A DNA stretch of 64,000 nt from Okamejei kenojei. Taxonomy: Eukaryota. Positions 38,097-50,617 of this stretch are shown here, piece after piece. The DNA lies in contig CM069147.1 in NCBI GenBank assembly GCA_035221665.1, forward strand, positions 9,734,001 through 9,798,000, given 5' to 3'. The translations under genes and the position numbers were made by a program. How positions within the stretch are numbered: the stretch's first letter is position 1; each line of letters starts with the position of its first letter. The notes beneath the pieces were generated by a model. That model was not told where the DNA came from, ran no database searches, and saw only the letters and a list, made by a program, of their open reading frames with translations.

Positions 38097-38421
38097 TTTA
38101 GTTTAGTTTAGTTTAGTTTTAGAGATACTGCGTGGCAACAGGCCCTGCGGCCCACCGAGTCCGCACTGACCAGAAATCCCCGAACACTAACACTATCCCA
38201 CACACTAGGGACAATTGAACCGAAGACAGTTAACCTACAATTAACCTACAAACATGTACGTCTTTGAAGTGTGGGAGAAAACCAGAGCACCCGGAGAAAA
38301 CCCACACAGGTCATGGGGAAAATATAGAAACTCCATACAGACAGTACCCGTAGTCAGGATCGAACCCGGGTCTCTGGCGCTGTAAGGCAGCAACTCTACC
38401 ACTGCGCCACTGTGCCGCCCC
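38097..38421 (-). mobile_element. HE1-like V-SINE, full length
   Basis: GGGGCGGCACAGTGGCGCAGTGG...GGTTCGATCC...(TAAAC)n. Confidence 0.9.
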
Positions 38422-38429
38422 TTAATGTG

Positions 38430-38815
38430 TATTAATATAATATATTGTCACGTGTACGGAGGTAAAGGGAAAAGCTTTTGCTTGCATGCTATCAAACAAA
38501 AAATAAAATAAAAGACTATATATGAATACGATCAAACTGTCCACAGTGCACAAACAAAGGTCAAAGGGTTCAATATTTAGTGTAAGATAAAGTCCGATTA
38601 AAGATAGTTCAAATGTCCTCAATGTGGGACGTTGGATGGGAGAGGGGAGAGGAGGGAGTGACCGCGATGAGACATCCTTAATTATGCCGGTGGTGACCCT
38701 GCCAGGGCAGCGTGAAGCGTAGATGGTGTCAATGGAAGGGAGGTTGGTTTGCGTGACGGTCTGGGATACGTCCGCAACTCTCTGAAATATCTTGTGGTCT
38801 TGGATGGAGCTGGGT
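38430..38815 (-). mobile_element. Rex1/Babar-like LINE 3' fragment
   Basis: QDHKIFQRV...TNLPSIDTIYASRC...IIKD and a GTGACAAT tail. Confidence 0.7.
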
Positions 38816-39837
38816 TTGTTAAATATTGATTGTTCAAAACGGCGCTTCCATTTCATCGTCCCACATCTTCACTGTATCATAGTCGTTCATATATTGGATG
38901 AGATCTGGATCACTCACCGTTGACCATTTGAGGCTTTCAATCTTGCCCAGGCAGCTGAGATACAGTAATTTAAATTCCAATAATCAAATAAAATAAAATA
39001 TGGAATCCAAAAAAATCCGGGCTCAGAAATGGTAATAATAAATGCGTAGAGTGGTTGATTTAACCACTTAGTCATAGAGTTGTACAGCATGGGAACAGGC
39101 CATTCAGCCCAACAAGCCCAAGCTGACCAAGATGCTCAAGCTAAACGAATTCCATTTTACCTGCGTTTGGTCCATGCCCCTCGAAACCTTACAACCTAGG
39201 TACTACAGGTACTGGTTTACAAAAAAGGCACCAAATGCAGGACAAACTCAAACGGTCAGGCAGCATCTCTGAAAAACATGGATAGGTGATGTTTTGGGTC
39301 GGGATCCTTCTTCAGACTCATGAAGAAGGGTCCCGACCCAAAACATCTCCTATAGATGTTCTCCAGAGATGCTGCCTGACCTGCCGAGTTGCTCCAGCAC
39401 TTGGTGCCCTTTTTTCCCTCTCTAAACCCTTTCCTTTCCCAAACTACCTCCATTCGGGTGCTATGGAGGATAGGTAATAAAGATCAGTGTTGCAAGTGTC
39501 GTCTACGTATTAAAATAAAGATAGAGAACTTTTATTCACAGAGTACCACAAATCATTTTGGTTCATTTCTGCCCACTTCAGTTTATCAAGCCCTCAGCAA
39601 AGGGATTCAAAAAGAAACCATCAGCAGAAACTATAGAGCTATGGAAAGGCACAGAATAAAATCAATAAAGAAGGCAGATTGCACAAAGTATTACTGTGCA
39701 GAAATTTGATTTATTTGAACAGAGACAAAAAATCTCCAGTGCTATAGGTGATAATGATAGCATTACTTTAACACGACAACTTCCAACAAGGGAGCATCGT
39801 GCCATCAGTGCTGTGTCTATGGCTTTTGGCACAAACT

Positions 39838-40165
39838 TAAACCATTCAGTCATTTCATCTTTCGGAAAAGATTGAAACAAAGAACTGCAAATGTTGAATT
39901 ACAGAAAAAGGCCGCAAAGAGCTGGAGTAACTCAGTGGCTCAGGCAACATCTCCGGAGAACATGGATAGGTGACATTTCAAGTCCAGACCCTTCTTCAGA
40001 TGCCTGAAGAAGGGTCTGGACTTGAAATGTCACCTATCCATGTTCTCCAGAGATGCTGCCTGACCAGTTGAGTTACTCCAGCACTTTGTGGCCTTTTTCT
40101 GTAATTCAACATTTGCAGTTCTTTGTTTCAATCTTTTCCGAAAGATGAAATGACTGAATGGTTTA
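39838..40165. repeat. 328-bp palindrome (162-bp arms, 4-nt loop) centred on a Penelope-derived inverted dimer
   Basis: TAAACCATTCAGTCATTTCATC... / ...GATGAAATGACTGAATGGTTTA; loop ATGC at 40000-40003. Confidence 0.9.
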
Positions 40166-40422
40166 TTGGAGATTGACTGAATGGTTTATTGGAAACTGGC
40201 CACAATGCAGATGTTTGTCAGCAATTGTTGTATATTGTATGTAGAGGCTCTAGTGACGTGAGCATTCATAATTCAACAGCAAATTAAAATTATATGAAAA
40301 TATGGGACATCATTTACAGGCATCATACATTAGACGGCTGTAACCTATTGCTCATAACTTTGCTGTTTCATTGGGAACCAAGTATCTATCATGCTGCTGT
40401 GTAAAAATAAAACACACAATTT

Positions 40423-40715
40423 GGTGGCACGGTGGTGCAGTGGTAGCATTGTTTGGGTTGGATTCTGACTTAGGGTGCTGTCTGTACGGAGTTTGCACGT
40501 TCTCCCCGTGACCCCGTAAGGTTCCTCCGGGTGCTTCTGTTTTTTTCCCACACTCCAAAGGCGTACAGGTTTGTAGGTTAAATGGCTTCAGTTAAAAAAA
40601 AATGTCAATTGTCACTAGAATGTAGGATAGTGCTCGTGAGCGGGGATCGCTGGCCGGCGCGGACTCGGTGGGCCGAAGGGCCTGTTTCCGCGTTGCATCC
40701 CCAAACTAAACTGAA
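40423..40715 (+). mobile_element. HE1-like V-SINE
   Basis: Head (partly deleted), V core, tail. Confidence 0.8.
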
Positions 40716-42164
40716 AACGAAAGGGTTGGCAAAGTATGGATAATATGAGGGAATAAAGATCTGGACTCACAATTGGCTCCCTTGATCGCCACTTCCAGCG
40801 CAGTCAAAATGATGTAAATTATTAATGCAAAGGCTGACACGTGCAGATACTCTAAGAATATCTTTTAAAATGTCCTAGGAGTGGCTGTAACTAGCACTTG
40901 AACTGAATGACCTGCCCAGTACGAGTCTCTCTCATTGCTTCATTTTGCAGGTCTGAAACGTAGGTGGTAGCAAGCACAGCATCAATGGACAGATCGCCTA
41001 ACAGCCAAATGCTCAAAGCAAATGCCAAAAGGAGTTGATCTTCACAGGGAACAATGGATTGGTGTCGAAAATTAGTTGGACAGCTCTCGATTGAATTTTC
41101 AGGTGTGTTGTTCGCTGCGGTGGAGCACATCTGAAGTGAGCCGGAGAGGGGGAAAGTGACCTGATTAATTAAAGCTGGGTTGAGTGTAGGGAAGCATTCT
41201 TCCAAAACATCTCTCGGTGGTATGAGTAAAGAAGCAAGCCGACATTAATATTTCATCTCAACTTTCTGTCGGAGCTGCGAAGAATGCAATGTTCTCTCTC
41301 CTTGTATCAGCGCTGCACTGTCATCTCAGAATGACTGCCCATTAATGGACTGATTTTTTTCTTTTGTTTTGTCATCGTTTCGTGATTGCTGTTGACGTGT
41401 AATCAGGGGCCAGCGAACACTTCCGAATGCCAGAACGTTAAACTAAATCCGTTAAGAGAATTTTCAAATAATTCCACAGACTTCATTAACAATTTAATAT
41501 CACATAATCTATCCTCTAGTACCTTGAGAAAATTCTTCAGAAAATTCTTTTAAGTAACTTCCAAGATTTTGTATGATGATTTCAATCGAAGATCCAGCAA
41601 TTGTGGTGCAGCCTACACTGCAGTCAATATAACATGGCATAATCTAAAATCATAAAGCCATATTTTCATCACTGTACTTCTGTTCCAGTAACAGAATCGT
41701 TGCTATTAAATATCTGGGCTTGGGGTTTCTGCTGTGTTCATAGATAAAGAGTTTTACAGCGCGGCCCAACTTGTCCATACCGGCCAACATGTCTCATCTA
41801 CACTAGTCCTACCTGCTTGCATTTGGCCCATATCCCTCAAAACCTGTCCTATCCATGTATCTGTCGAAATGTTTCTCAAACGTTACGATAGTACCTGCCT
41901 CAACAACCTCCTTGTAGGCTAATTGGCTTCAGTAAACATTGTAAATTGTCCCCAGTGTGTGGGATAGTGCAAGTGTACGGGGATCGCTGGTCGGTGGGCC
42001 GAAGGACCTGTTTCTCTGTATCTCTGAAGTCTAAAGTCCAAAGGAATGAAAGCTGGAAGAGAGGTGCAGACTGGCAAGTGATAGGTGGATACAGGTCCGG
42101 GGGGGGTAATTGGCAGATGATTGGACAAAAAGTATTGGTGAATAGAGAAAAGGTCGTGAGATAA

Positions 42165-43010
42165 AAGGGCTGTCCCACAGCGGCGACCTAATCTGCGGGT
42201 TTAGACGAGTTTGCCATTGACTCAAACTCACAGCATGGTCGACATGTGGTCCAAGGAGGTCCTATGAGGTCACTGGAACTCTCCTTCATGCTCAAGGGAA
42301 GTTCCCGAATACTCACGGCCTCAGCTAGGTCACGGAAATATTTTCAGCATTTTGAAACATTTGGTCGGCATGGTTCTTTCTAACTAGTAGTACAGTGGAG
42401 TGGGGTTGCTATATAGTTACAGGCAGTCAAGGACAGCCATAGGCAATCTCCTTCACTGACCGGGCATTTTGATTGGCTCATTGGAGTTTTCAGGACCAAG
42501 GAAAACTGACCGGTAGGTAAAATGCCTGCTAAACTTTATTATACTTCTTAAAAGTGTCTCCACTCCTTCTCCCCCCCTTCTCCCACCTTCTCTCCCCTTC
42601 TCTCCCCGCCCCCCCACCCCCCTCTCCGCGATCTCTAAAGGACTTACCGTACACTGTGCAGCCGTCTTTTACCTTCCCCTTCATCGCGGGTGTGAATTTC
42701 AGACGGCGCTCCCCCGCTTTCCNNNNNNNNNNNNNNNNNNNNNNNNNNNNNNNNNNNNNNNNNNNNNNNNNNNNNNNNNNNNNNNNNNNNNNNNNNNNNN
42801 NNNNNNNNNNNNNNNNNNNNNNNNNNNNNNNNNNNNNNNNNNNNNNNNNNNNNNNNNNNNNNNNNNNNNNNNNNNNNNNNNNNNNNNCTCGCGGTTTCAA
42901 CGCGGACGGTCGATCCAGCTCGAGGTTTTCCAGGCGAGTGCCCTCGAGCTTGAAGGTCGAAGACACTCTTCTTAACTCGCGGATTAGGTCGCCGCAGTGG
43001 GACAGCCCCT
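42165..43010. mobile_element. PIF/Harbinger non-autonomous element spanning an assembly gap
   Basis: TIRs AAGGGCTGTCCCACAGCGGCGACCTAATC / GATTAGGTCGCCGCAGTGGGACAGCCCCT; TAA TSD at 42162-42164 and 43011-43013. Confidence 0.9.
42723..42887. other. Assembly gap
   Basis: N run. Confidence 1.
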
Positions 43011-43019
43011 TAAGGAGTT

Positions 43020-43310
43020 TATTTTATTTTAGAGATACAGCGCTAAAACAGGCCCTTCGCCCACCGAGCCCTCGCCGGCCAGCAATCACCCCCTATACTA
43101 GCACTATCCTACACACTAGGGACAATTTACAGAAGCCAATTAACCTACGTACCTGCCCATCTTTAGAATGTGGGAGGAAACCGAAGCAACCAGAGAAAAC
43201 CCACGGGGTCGCGGGGAGAACGTGAAAACTCCGTGCAGACAGCACCCATAGTCAGGATCGAACCCGGATCTCTGGCGTTGCAAGGCAGCTGTGCCACCGT
43301 GCCACCCCCC
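43020..43310 (-). mobile_element. HE1-like V-SINE
   Basis: B box, V core, tail. Confidence 0.85.
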
Positions 43311-43819
43311 CGTTAAGGAGTTCAGGAGAGGAGAGAGGTTTAAAGGCCCTGCTGATGCCAATCAGATGCAGAATTTGAAAGGGAAGAGCGTTTGACTCAC
43401 CATCTCTGTTGCATCAGGACCAGTTCCGGGGGGTAGGTTTGATACAAATCTAGGATGAAGTCACTCCTACATCAATAAATCAACACATTATATTGCCACA
43501 CGATTGCTGATACTGAACTCCTTCTACCACATTAACACTGCCTGTGATTTACCAGCCCCATTGTGTGGAATGGCAATTAATAAATTTGCATTCGGTGAAG
43601 AAATAATACATTTAACTGAATGTTCATTTACAAAGGATAACCCTTTTTGGAATAATGAATCTATTAACTCATTTTAAATGTACAAATGGAAAGATTAAGC
43701 ATTCCAGTGTGAGCCTTGTTCATAAATTAACCATCCTCATATTTTTCATATTTTTTTAATGATCCACAAGGAGGTTATTCAGCCCATCAAGTCTATGCTG
43801 GCTCTCGGAGTAAGCTTTT

Positions 43820-44112
43820 TATTTTAGTTTAGAGATACTGCGCGTAAACAGGCCCTTCGGCCCATCGGGTCTGCGCCGACTAGCGACCCCCGCACACTAA
43901 CACTATCCCACACACACTGGGGCCAATTTACATTTGTATCAAGACAAATCAAAGCTGTTCGTCTTTGGAGTGTGGGTGGAAACTGAAGGAGAAAACCCAC
44001 ACAGGTTACAGGAGAACGCACAAACTCCGTACAGACAGCACCTGTAGTCGGGATTGAACCCGGGTCTCTGACGTAGTAAGCCAGCAACTCTGCTGCTGCG
44101 TCACTGGGCAGC
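43820..44112 (-). mobile_element. HE1-like V-SINE
   Basis: B box, V core, tail. Confidence 0.85.
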
Positions 44113-45939
44113 CCTAGTCCTGCAAGTCCTCTCAACCCATTGACCAAGATCATGACTGATATTCTTCCTCAGCATCATTTCCCAGCTCTGTCCTCATAGC
44201 TTACGGCCATAAGACATTGGAGCAAAATGAGGGGCCATTTGACTCATCGAGGCTGTTCCGCCATTCAATCATGGCTGATCCGTGTACCTCCCTCAACCCC
44301 ACTCTCCTGCCTTCTCCCCGTGACCTTTGATGCCCTAACTAATCGAGAACCTGTCAATTTCCATCGGAAAGACACCCAATGACGTGGCCTCCACAGCCGT
44401 CTGTGGCAATGAATCCCACAGATTCACCACCTTCTGGCTCAAGAAATTCCTCCTCAGCACCATTCTAAAGAAACCGCGGGGTCCCTAATGCCAGACTTCT
44501 ATCGATCTCTGGTGAAACATAAAGTGCTGGAGTAGCTCAGTGGGTCAGGCAGCATCTCTGGAGAGAATGGATGGATTACATTAAAATAAGTACAGAAAGT
44601 CCGACTTTAAATCAGAGAATGAACACAGATCAATTACCTTATTGTCTGCCATTCTCCTTTCACATGTCTGAAGCCGCCTTGAATAGTATACAATCTAAAC
44701 TAATATTAATAACGAGAGCAAAGGTTTAAGGTGAGAGGGGCAAAGTGTAAAGGAGATGTGTGGCGTGTGTGTTTTCACACAGAGGGTGATGGGTGTCTGG
44801 TCTAGGCTGCGTAGCTGTGGCACAACTGGGAGAGTTGCTGCCTCACAGCGCCAGAGTCCTGAGTTCGATCCTGACCTCGGGTGCTATCTGTGTGGAGTTA
44901 TGGATTTAAGAGAGAGTTGGATAGAACTCTAGGGGCTAGTGGAGTCAAGGGATATGGGGAGAAGGCAGGCACGGGTTATTGATAGCGGACGATCAGCCAT
45001 GATCATATTGAATGGCGGTGCTGGCTCGAAGGGCCGAATGGCCTCCTCCTGCACCTATTTTCTATGTTTCTATGTTTCTATGCTCCCCGTGATCGCGTGG
45101 GTTTTCTCCGGGTGTTCCGGTTTCCACCTCGCATCCAGAAGATGTGCGGGTTGGCGGGTTAATTGGTGTCTCAGTAACATTCCCCCCTCATGTGTAGGGA
45201 GTTGATAAAGAAGTGAGATAACATGGAACTCGTGTGAATGGGTGATCGATCGACTCGGTGGGCCAAACGGCCTGTTTCCATGCGGTGTCTCTAAACTAAA
45301 CTCTAAATGCTGCCAGGAGTTGTGGTGGGGACAGAAGAGATAGTGGGATTTAAGAGTCTTTTAGATATGATCATGGAGAAGCAACAAATGGAGGGATATG
45401 GATCACCATCAGGCAGAGATGAGTTGGCTTCATGTTCACGATGTACATTGTGGACTGAAGGGCCTTTCATAGACTCATAGAGTCATAGAGTCTTACAGCA
45501 TTCTGTCCAGTCCTCTCAACTGTCTCTTCTGGTAGATTAGCTGTCGGTAATATGAAGCTGATTTTCAATGATAGCATGAATGTATTTTTTACCACTCTGT
45601 GCAAAATAATTTATTTCAACAGCTCCAAAACATACACTGTCTACTCACGTACAATCTTACTGATTTTATCTGTGGTATTTGTAAAATCTTGTCATGATTT
45701 TATTGTCAGCCCCTATAGATTGTTTTGCATTAAAAAGTGTAATAAGAGCTTAATGAAATCTGTTTTACTGAGGGGCATGTATGCTCGTTATATATAATTT
45801 ACAACATTCAACTTTGGAAATTCATAGATCATCTGTTTTTTTTCTGATAAGTATATTTTCCACATATTTGACAGCACAACCGCATAGATCTGCCAGTCCA
45901 TTTTTAATAGAACAAAGAGCAGGGAAAGATGCAAGATTC

Positions 45940-45988
45940 TCTCACCCACAGTCGGGGAATCAAGAACCAGAGGACAAAGGTTTAAGGT

Positions 45989-46029
<41 letters not shown>

Positions 46030-46285
46030 AGATTTAAAAGGAACCCGAGGGGTAACTTTTTCACACAAAGGGTGGTGGGAGTATGGACCAAGCTGCCAGA
46101 GGCAGTAATTGAGGCAGGGACTACCGCGACATTTAAGAAATATTTAGACAAGTTCATGGATAGGGCAGGTTTAGAGGATAAGGGCTAAACACAGGCAGCT
46201 GGACTAGTGTAGATGGGACATTCTGGTCAGTGTGGGCAGGTTGGGCTGAAGGGCCTGTTTCCACGCTGTCTCAATCTATGACTCG
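45940..46285 (+). mobile_element. CR1 LINE 3' fragment with an expanded poly-G run
   Basis: RFKRNPRGNFFTQRVVGVWTKLPEAV; G run ~45989-46028. Confidence 0.85.
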
Positions 46286-47019
46286 AAGAGACAGTCATTG
46301 CACTGCACATTGTCACAATTAAGGTTTTCTTTTGATCTTTGCGCATTCACATTCAGACTCAATCAGGAAAACTCAGCAGGCTTCTGCATAAAAATGGCCT
46401 AAATAATTTGAAGCTCGCGCGTGTTAGAAAACCTTGTTTTGGGAGAACGCTATGCAGAGGTGGCTTCAGAGTAATTAATTTTGACATTCAGCAGCAAAAA
46501 AGGAAGTGTGTAGCTCTTCCTGACGCAACGCTGTTCTCAGCTTCCTTTACCCAGTAGATCTATAATTCACTGTCTTTGCCTGAAGGATGTTGATTCATAT
46601 CCTAAGTGGCCTTAAAAGAACATAATGAATATAGATCGGCTATTTTGTAATATATCAGAACACTTTTATTGCCTATTTCAGTTCTTAAATCAGCAGATTA
46701 TGAGATGTTCCTCATTATGGCCATTTATCTCGAAGGAAGTATAAGTGTATATGTTTAAAGAACAATGCGATGCTCTCGTGAGGATCTGTTTAGCTGGTGA
46801 ACGAGACCCCGTTATGAATACGCTGCCTGCAATTTACACAAGGGACTTCCAGATTTTTGATGGGCTGAAGAGGAGCATCAGATTGACCCCCAGGTAGAGT
46901 GGTAGAGGTGAAAGTCTGAAATCATTTCAAGACAGCTCATTGCAGAAGAGGGAGTATTTCTGAATGGAATAAGCGTCAATGTCCAACTTGCCTCCCGAAG
47001 CACAAACTACAATGTAATC

Positions 47020-47280
47020 TCCTAGTGAGGCCACACACACACACACGTTGGAGGAGAAGCAACTCATATTTCGCTTGGGCGGCTTACACCTCAGCGGTAT
47101 GAATGTTGATTACCCTAATTTCAAGTAACTCCCGCATTCTTCTCCCCCCCCCCCCTCATCCCCGTCCTGCACCCTAGTCATCCTACTAGTTCCACTGTTC
47201 GCATCCTTTATATCCCTGTCGTTAGAACATCTTCCCCAGCCAACAATGGGCCATTCCTGCAGTCGTTTGCTGCCAGTCCT
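47020..47280 (+). mobile_element. Penelope-like GIY-YIG C-terminal fragment
   Basis: LEEKQLIFRLGGLHLSGMNVD. Confidence 0.75.
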
Positions 47281-48162
47281 GTTCATGGGTTCACAGGTGA
47301 GAGGAGCAGAATTCGGACATTCGGCCCATCAATTCAATCATGGCTGATCTATCTTCCCCTCTCAACCCCATTCTCCTGCCTTCTCCCCATAATCGCTGAC
47401 ACCCCGTACTAATCAAGAATCTGTCAATTTCCACCTGAAAAATATCCATTGACTTGGCGCTCCACAGCCTGTGGCAATGAATTCCACAGATTCGCCACCC
47501 TCTGTCGAAAGAGATTCTTCCTCATCCCCTTCCTAATGGTATGGCCTCTGATCCTAGACTCTCCCACTCGTGGAAAGAACCTCTCCACATCCACTCTATG
47601 CAGGCCTTTTTTGTTCTGCCCTTCTCTGCCTTTCAGTCTGAAGAAGGGTTCTGACACGAAACGTCACCTATATCTTTTCTCCAGAGATGCTGCCTGACCC
47701 GCTGAGTTACTCCAGCATTTTGTGGCTATCCTCGATGTAAGCTTCCAAGACAATTATTCTTAGTGGATGCCGTGATAAGAACATTCTAATATCATCATCA
47801 AAAACACAACTTTTCAGACACCTGTTAAAAGAGAAAATTAAACATTAAGTTTTAGTTTTTAGTTGGTTGAGAAATGCTCTTTGGCCCACCGAGCCCACAC
47901 CGGCCAGCGATCACTTGTACACAAGCTCTATGTTATCCCACTTTTCATATCCAACACACGAGAGGCAATTTACAGAAGCCAATTAACCTACAAACCTGCA
48001 CGTCTTTGGTATGTGGGAGGAAACCAGAGCACCTGGAGAAAACCCAAGCGGTCACAGGGAGAACGTACAAGCTCCGCGCAGACAGCACCCGTGGTCAGGA
48101 CCGTGCCATCCAATGTTAAATAGATCGGATCTCACTTACTACCCGCTCTCCTTCCCACAACA

Positions 48163-48472
48163 GGGGCGGCACGGTGGCGCAGCGGCAGAGTTGCTGCATT
48201 ACAGCGCCAGGGAGCCAGGTTCGATCCTGACCACGGGTGCTGTCTGCGTGGAGTTTTAACGTTCTCCCCGTAACCGCGTGGGTTTTCTATGAGACCTTCG
48301 GTTTCCTCCCGCCCTCCAAAGACGTACGGGTTTGTAGCTTAATTGGTTTGGTGTAAATGTAAGACTGTGCGTAGGATAGTGTTAGTGTGCGGGCATCGCT
48401 GGTCGGTGCGGACTCAGTGGGCCAAAGGGCCTGTTTCCACACTGTATCTCTAAACTAAAACTAAACTGAACT
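48163..48472 (+). mobile_element. HE1-like V-SINE, full length
   Basis: GGGGCGGCACGGTGGCGCAGCGG...GGTTCGATCC...(TAAAC)n. Confidence 0.9.
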
Positions 48473-49059
48473 ATGACAAATGTTTTAATAGCTTCATGTT
48501 TGGCATCAAGAACATTTACATTACTTAGAGTCTTGAATTTTAGTTTAGTTTGAATTCATGCCTCTACTTTTAACATAATATATTTATGCATAATAAAGTA
48601 TGCTTCTTCACATATATTTGTTGAATTTTTTAATTTATATTTAAAAGAGTTGTCCTGTACTTAGTGAATTCTAGAATCAGCATCATTCAGAGAGCAGAAT
48701 ACAAGGTAATGATACCGGCTGTGATATAAATGAGGTTATTTTATCAAAGGTGCATGGCCCAATATTGTACTGAAAACACATCTTCAGATCAATACCGTCT
48801 GCCACAATTAAACTTCCACTTTGAGACCAAGGAACATTTACATTTAGTCATCAATGGAAAAACGCAGAGCTTCAGCTCATTTCCAAGGTCAATTTTCAAG
48901 GAAGTGTTGAACAGCATCTCTCCATTCATCAGACTGAGATTCAGGGGACAGGGAATCGAGGGATATAGATGATGATACAGAGAGATATAGAACAAATGAA
49001 TGAAAGATATGCAAAAAACTTTAACAATAATAAAGGAAACTGGCCATTGTTACCTGCTG

Positions 49060-49192
49060 AAGTCTGAAGAAGGGGTTCGGCCCGAAACGTTGCCTATTTC
49101 CTTCGCTCCATAGATGCTGCCGCACCCGCTGAGTTTCTCTAGCATTTTTGTCTACCTTCAATTCTCCAGCATCTGCAGTTCCTTCTTGAACC
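49060..49192 (+). mobile_element. 133-bp hammerhead-bearing Penelope-derived element with TSD
   Basis: GTTACCTGCTG at 49049-49059 and 49193-49203; CTGAAGA (49064) A GGG...CCC GAAAC GTT. Confidence 0.8.
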
Positions 49193-49287
49193 GTTACCTG
49201 CTGCTGGGTGAGAACGAAAAGCTGGTGTGACTTTGGTGGGTGAGGGATGGAGAGAGAGGGAATGCCGGGATTAGGGATTCTCTAACT

Positions 49288-49582
49288 CAGGGATGGGGAA
49301 ACTGCGACCTTAAAGCCGCATGCAACCTTCCAGGCCATTAAGTGCGGCCTTTTGAATTAATCCACATTTTGTAGAACAAATCCTTTTATTTTTATTAATA
49401 TGTTTTTGTTTGTCTTTTATTATTTTTATTTTAATCTTAAAATGAACGTATTTAAAATACCAAAGAATAAAAGAAGATTCAACTAAATAATTCTATATCT
49501 AATTGAACTATCTTGGATGTGGCCTTATTAGATTACAACTAACTTAATGCGGCCTTCAACATGAAAAGGTTCCCCACCCCGA
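49288..49582. mobile_element. hAT (Charlie-like) MITE
   Basis: 8-bp TSD CTCTAACT (49280-49287, 49583-49590); imperfect TIRs CAGGGATGGGGAAACT / AGGTTCCCCACCCCGA; subterminal GCCGCA/TGCGGCC motifs. Confidence 0.85.
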
Positions 49583-50515
49583 CTCTAACTTCAAGTAGCC
49601 CCTGCATTCCCTGTAGAGAAGTTACAATTCTTTTTGCAAATAAATTACTCTTTTTTTTAGTGTTGGATAGCCAACCATTTATCATGAGGATAGACTGATA
49701 GTCTGAAGAAAGGCCTCGACCCGAAACGTCACCCATCCCTTCTCTTCAGAGATGCTGCCAGTCCCGCTGAGTTACTCCGGCATTTTGTTTCATTCGTCAG
49801 TTTAAACCAGCTGTTCGTTCTCATCTCGCTACAGGTAACAATGACTCTTTTCCTTTATCATCGTTACTTTCTTGAATATTTTTAATTCATCTGTTGTATA
49901 TCTCTCTCCATCATATCTCTTGTAAATCTCTCGTTTCCCTCTCAGTCTGAAGAGATATCTCGACCCGAAACGTCACCCATTCCTTCTCTCCAGAGATTCT
50001 GCCTGTCCTGCTGAGTTACTCCAGTATTTGTTACTCCAGCAGTTTAGAACCAGCTTCTGCAGTTCCTTCCTACACGTCTCTCTCCATTCACCGTTTGGCT
50101 GGGAATGATAAACGGATTCGCCAGCGAAGCTTCCCGTTTGACCTTTGCTTCTGTATTCAGGACATCACTGCTCTCTGTTGCCTTCAAGTCCTTAAGCCAA
50201 CATAGTTTATTCACATTTAGAAGCGGAGCATCCTTAGGGAATTGCAGGTGCTGTGAATTTTACCTGGAGGGAAGATGAACATTCCCAGGTCACCCGAGAA
50301 TCAACTCTGACACAAAGCAATTTACTGCGTCTAAGATACTCAACAGTCACAGCCTTGGGACTAACTTTGATTTTAATAGCAGTGTTATGGCAGCGTAGCG
50401 GGTGTATTACTCGGAGTGATATTCAGTCAATCAGACAGCGTTAGTGGACAAAAAATTGAATTAATGTACCAGGTCAGGAGCCCTGCGTTAAACCTCAACT
50501 CAACAGCAGACCTTT

Positions 50516-50543
50516 CTGATGAAGGGTTCCAACCCGAAACGTC
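50516..50543 (+). ncRNA. Minimal hammerhead ribozyme core (CTGATGA variant)
   Basis: CTGATGA A GGGTT-CC-AACCC GAAAC GTC. Confidence 0.55.
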
Positions 50544-50617
50544 ACCCATTCCTTCTATCCAGAGGTGCTACCAGTCCCGCTGAGTTACTCCAGCATTTTG
50601 TGTCTATCTTCAGTTTA

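Noticed and set aside
42529-43225. Long ORFs across 42.5-43.2 kb
   Set aside because: Artefacts of the N gap inside a non-coding Harbinger element
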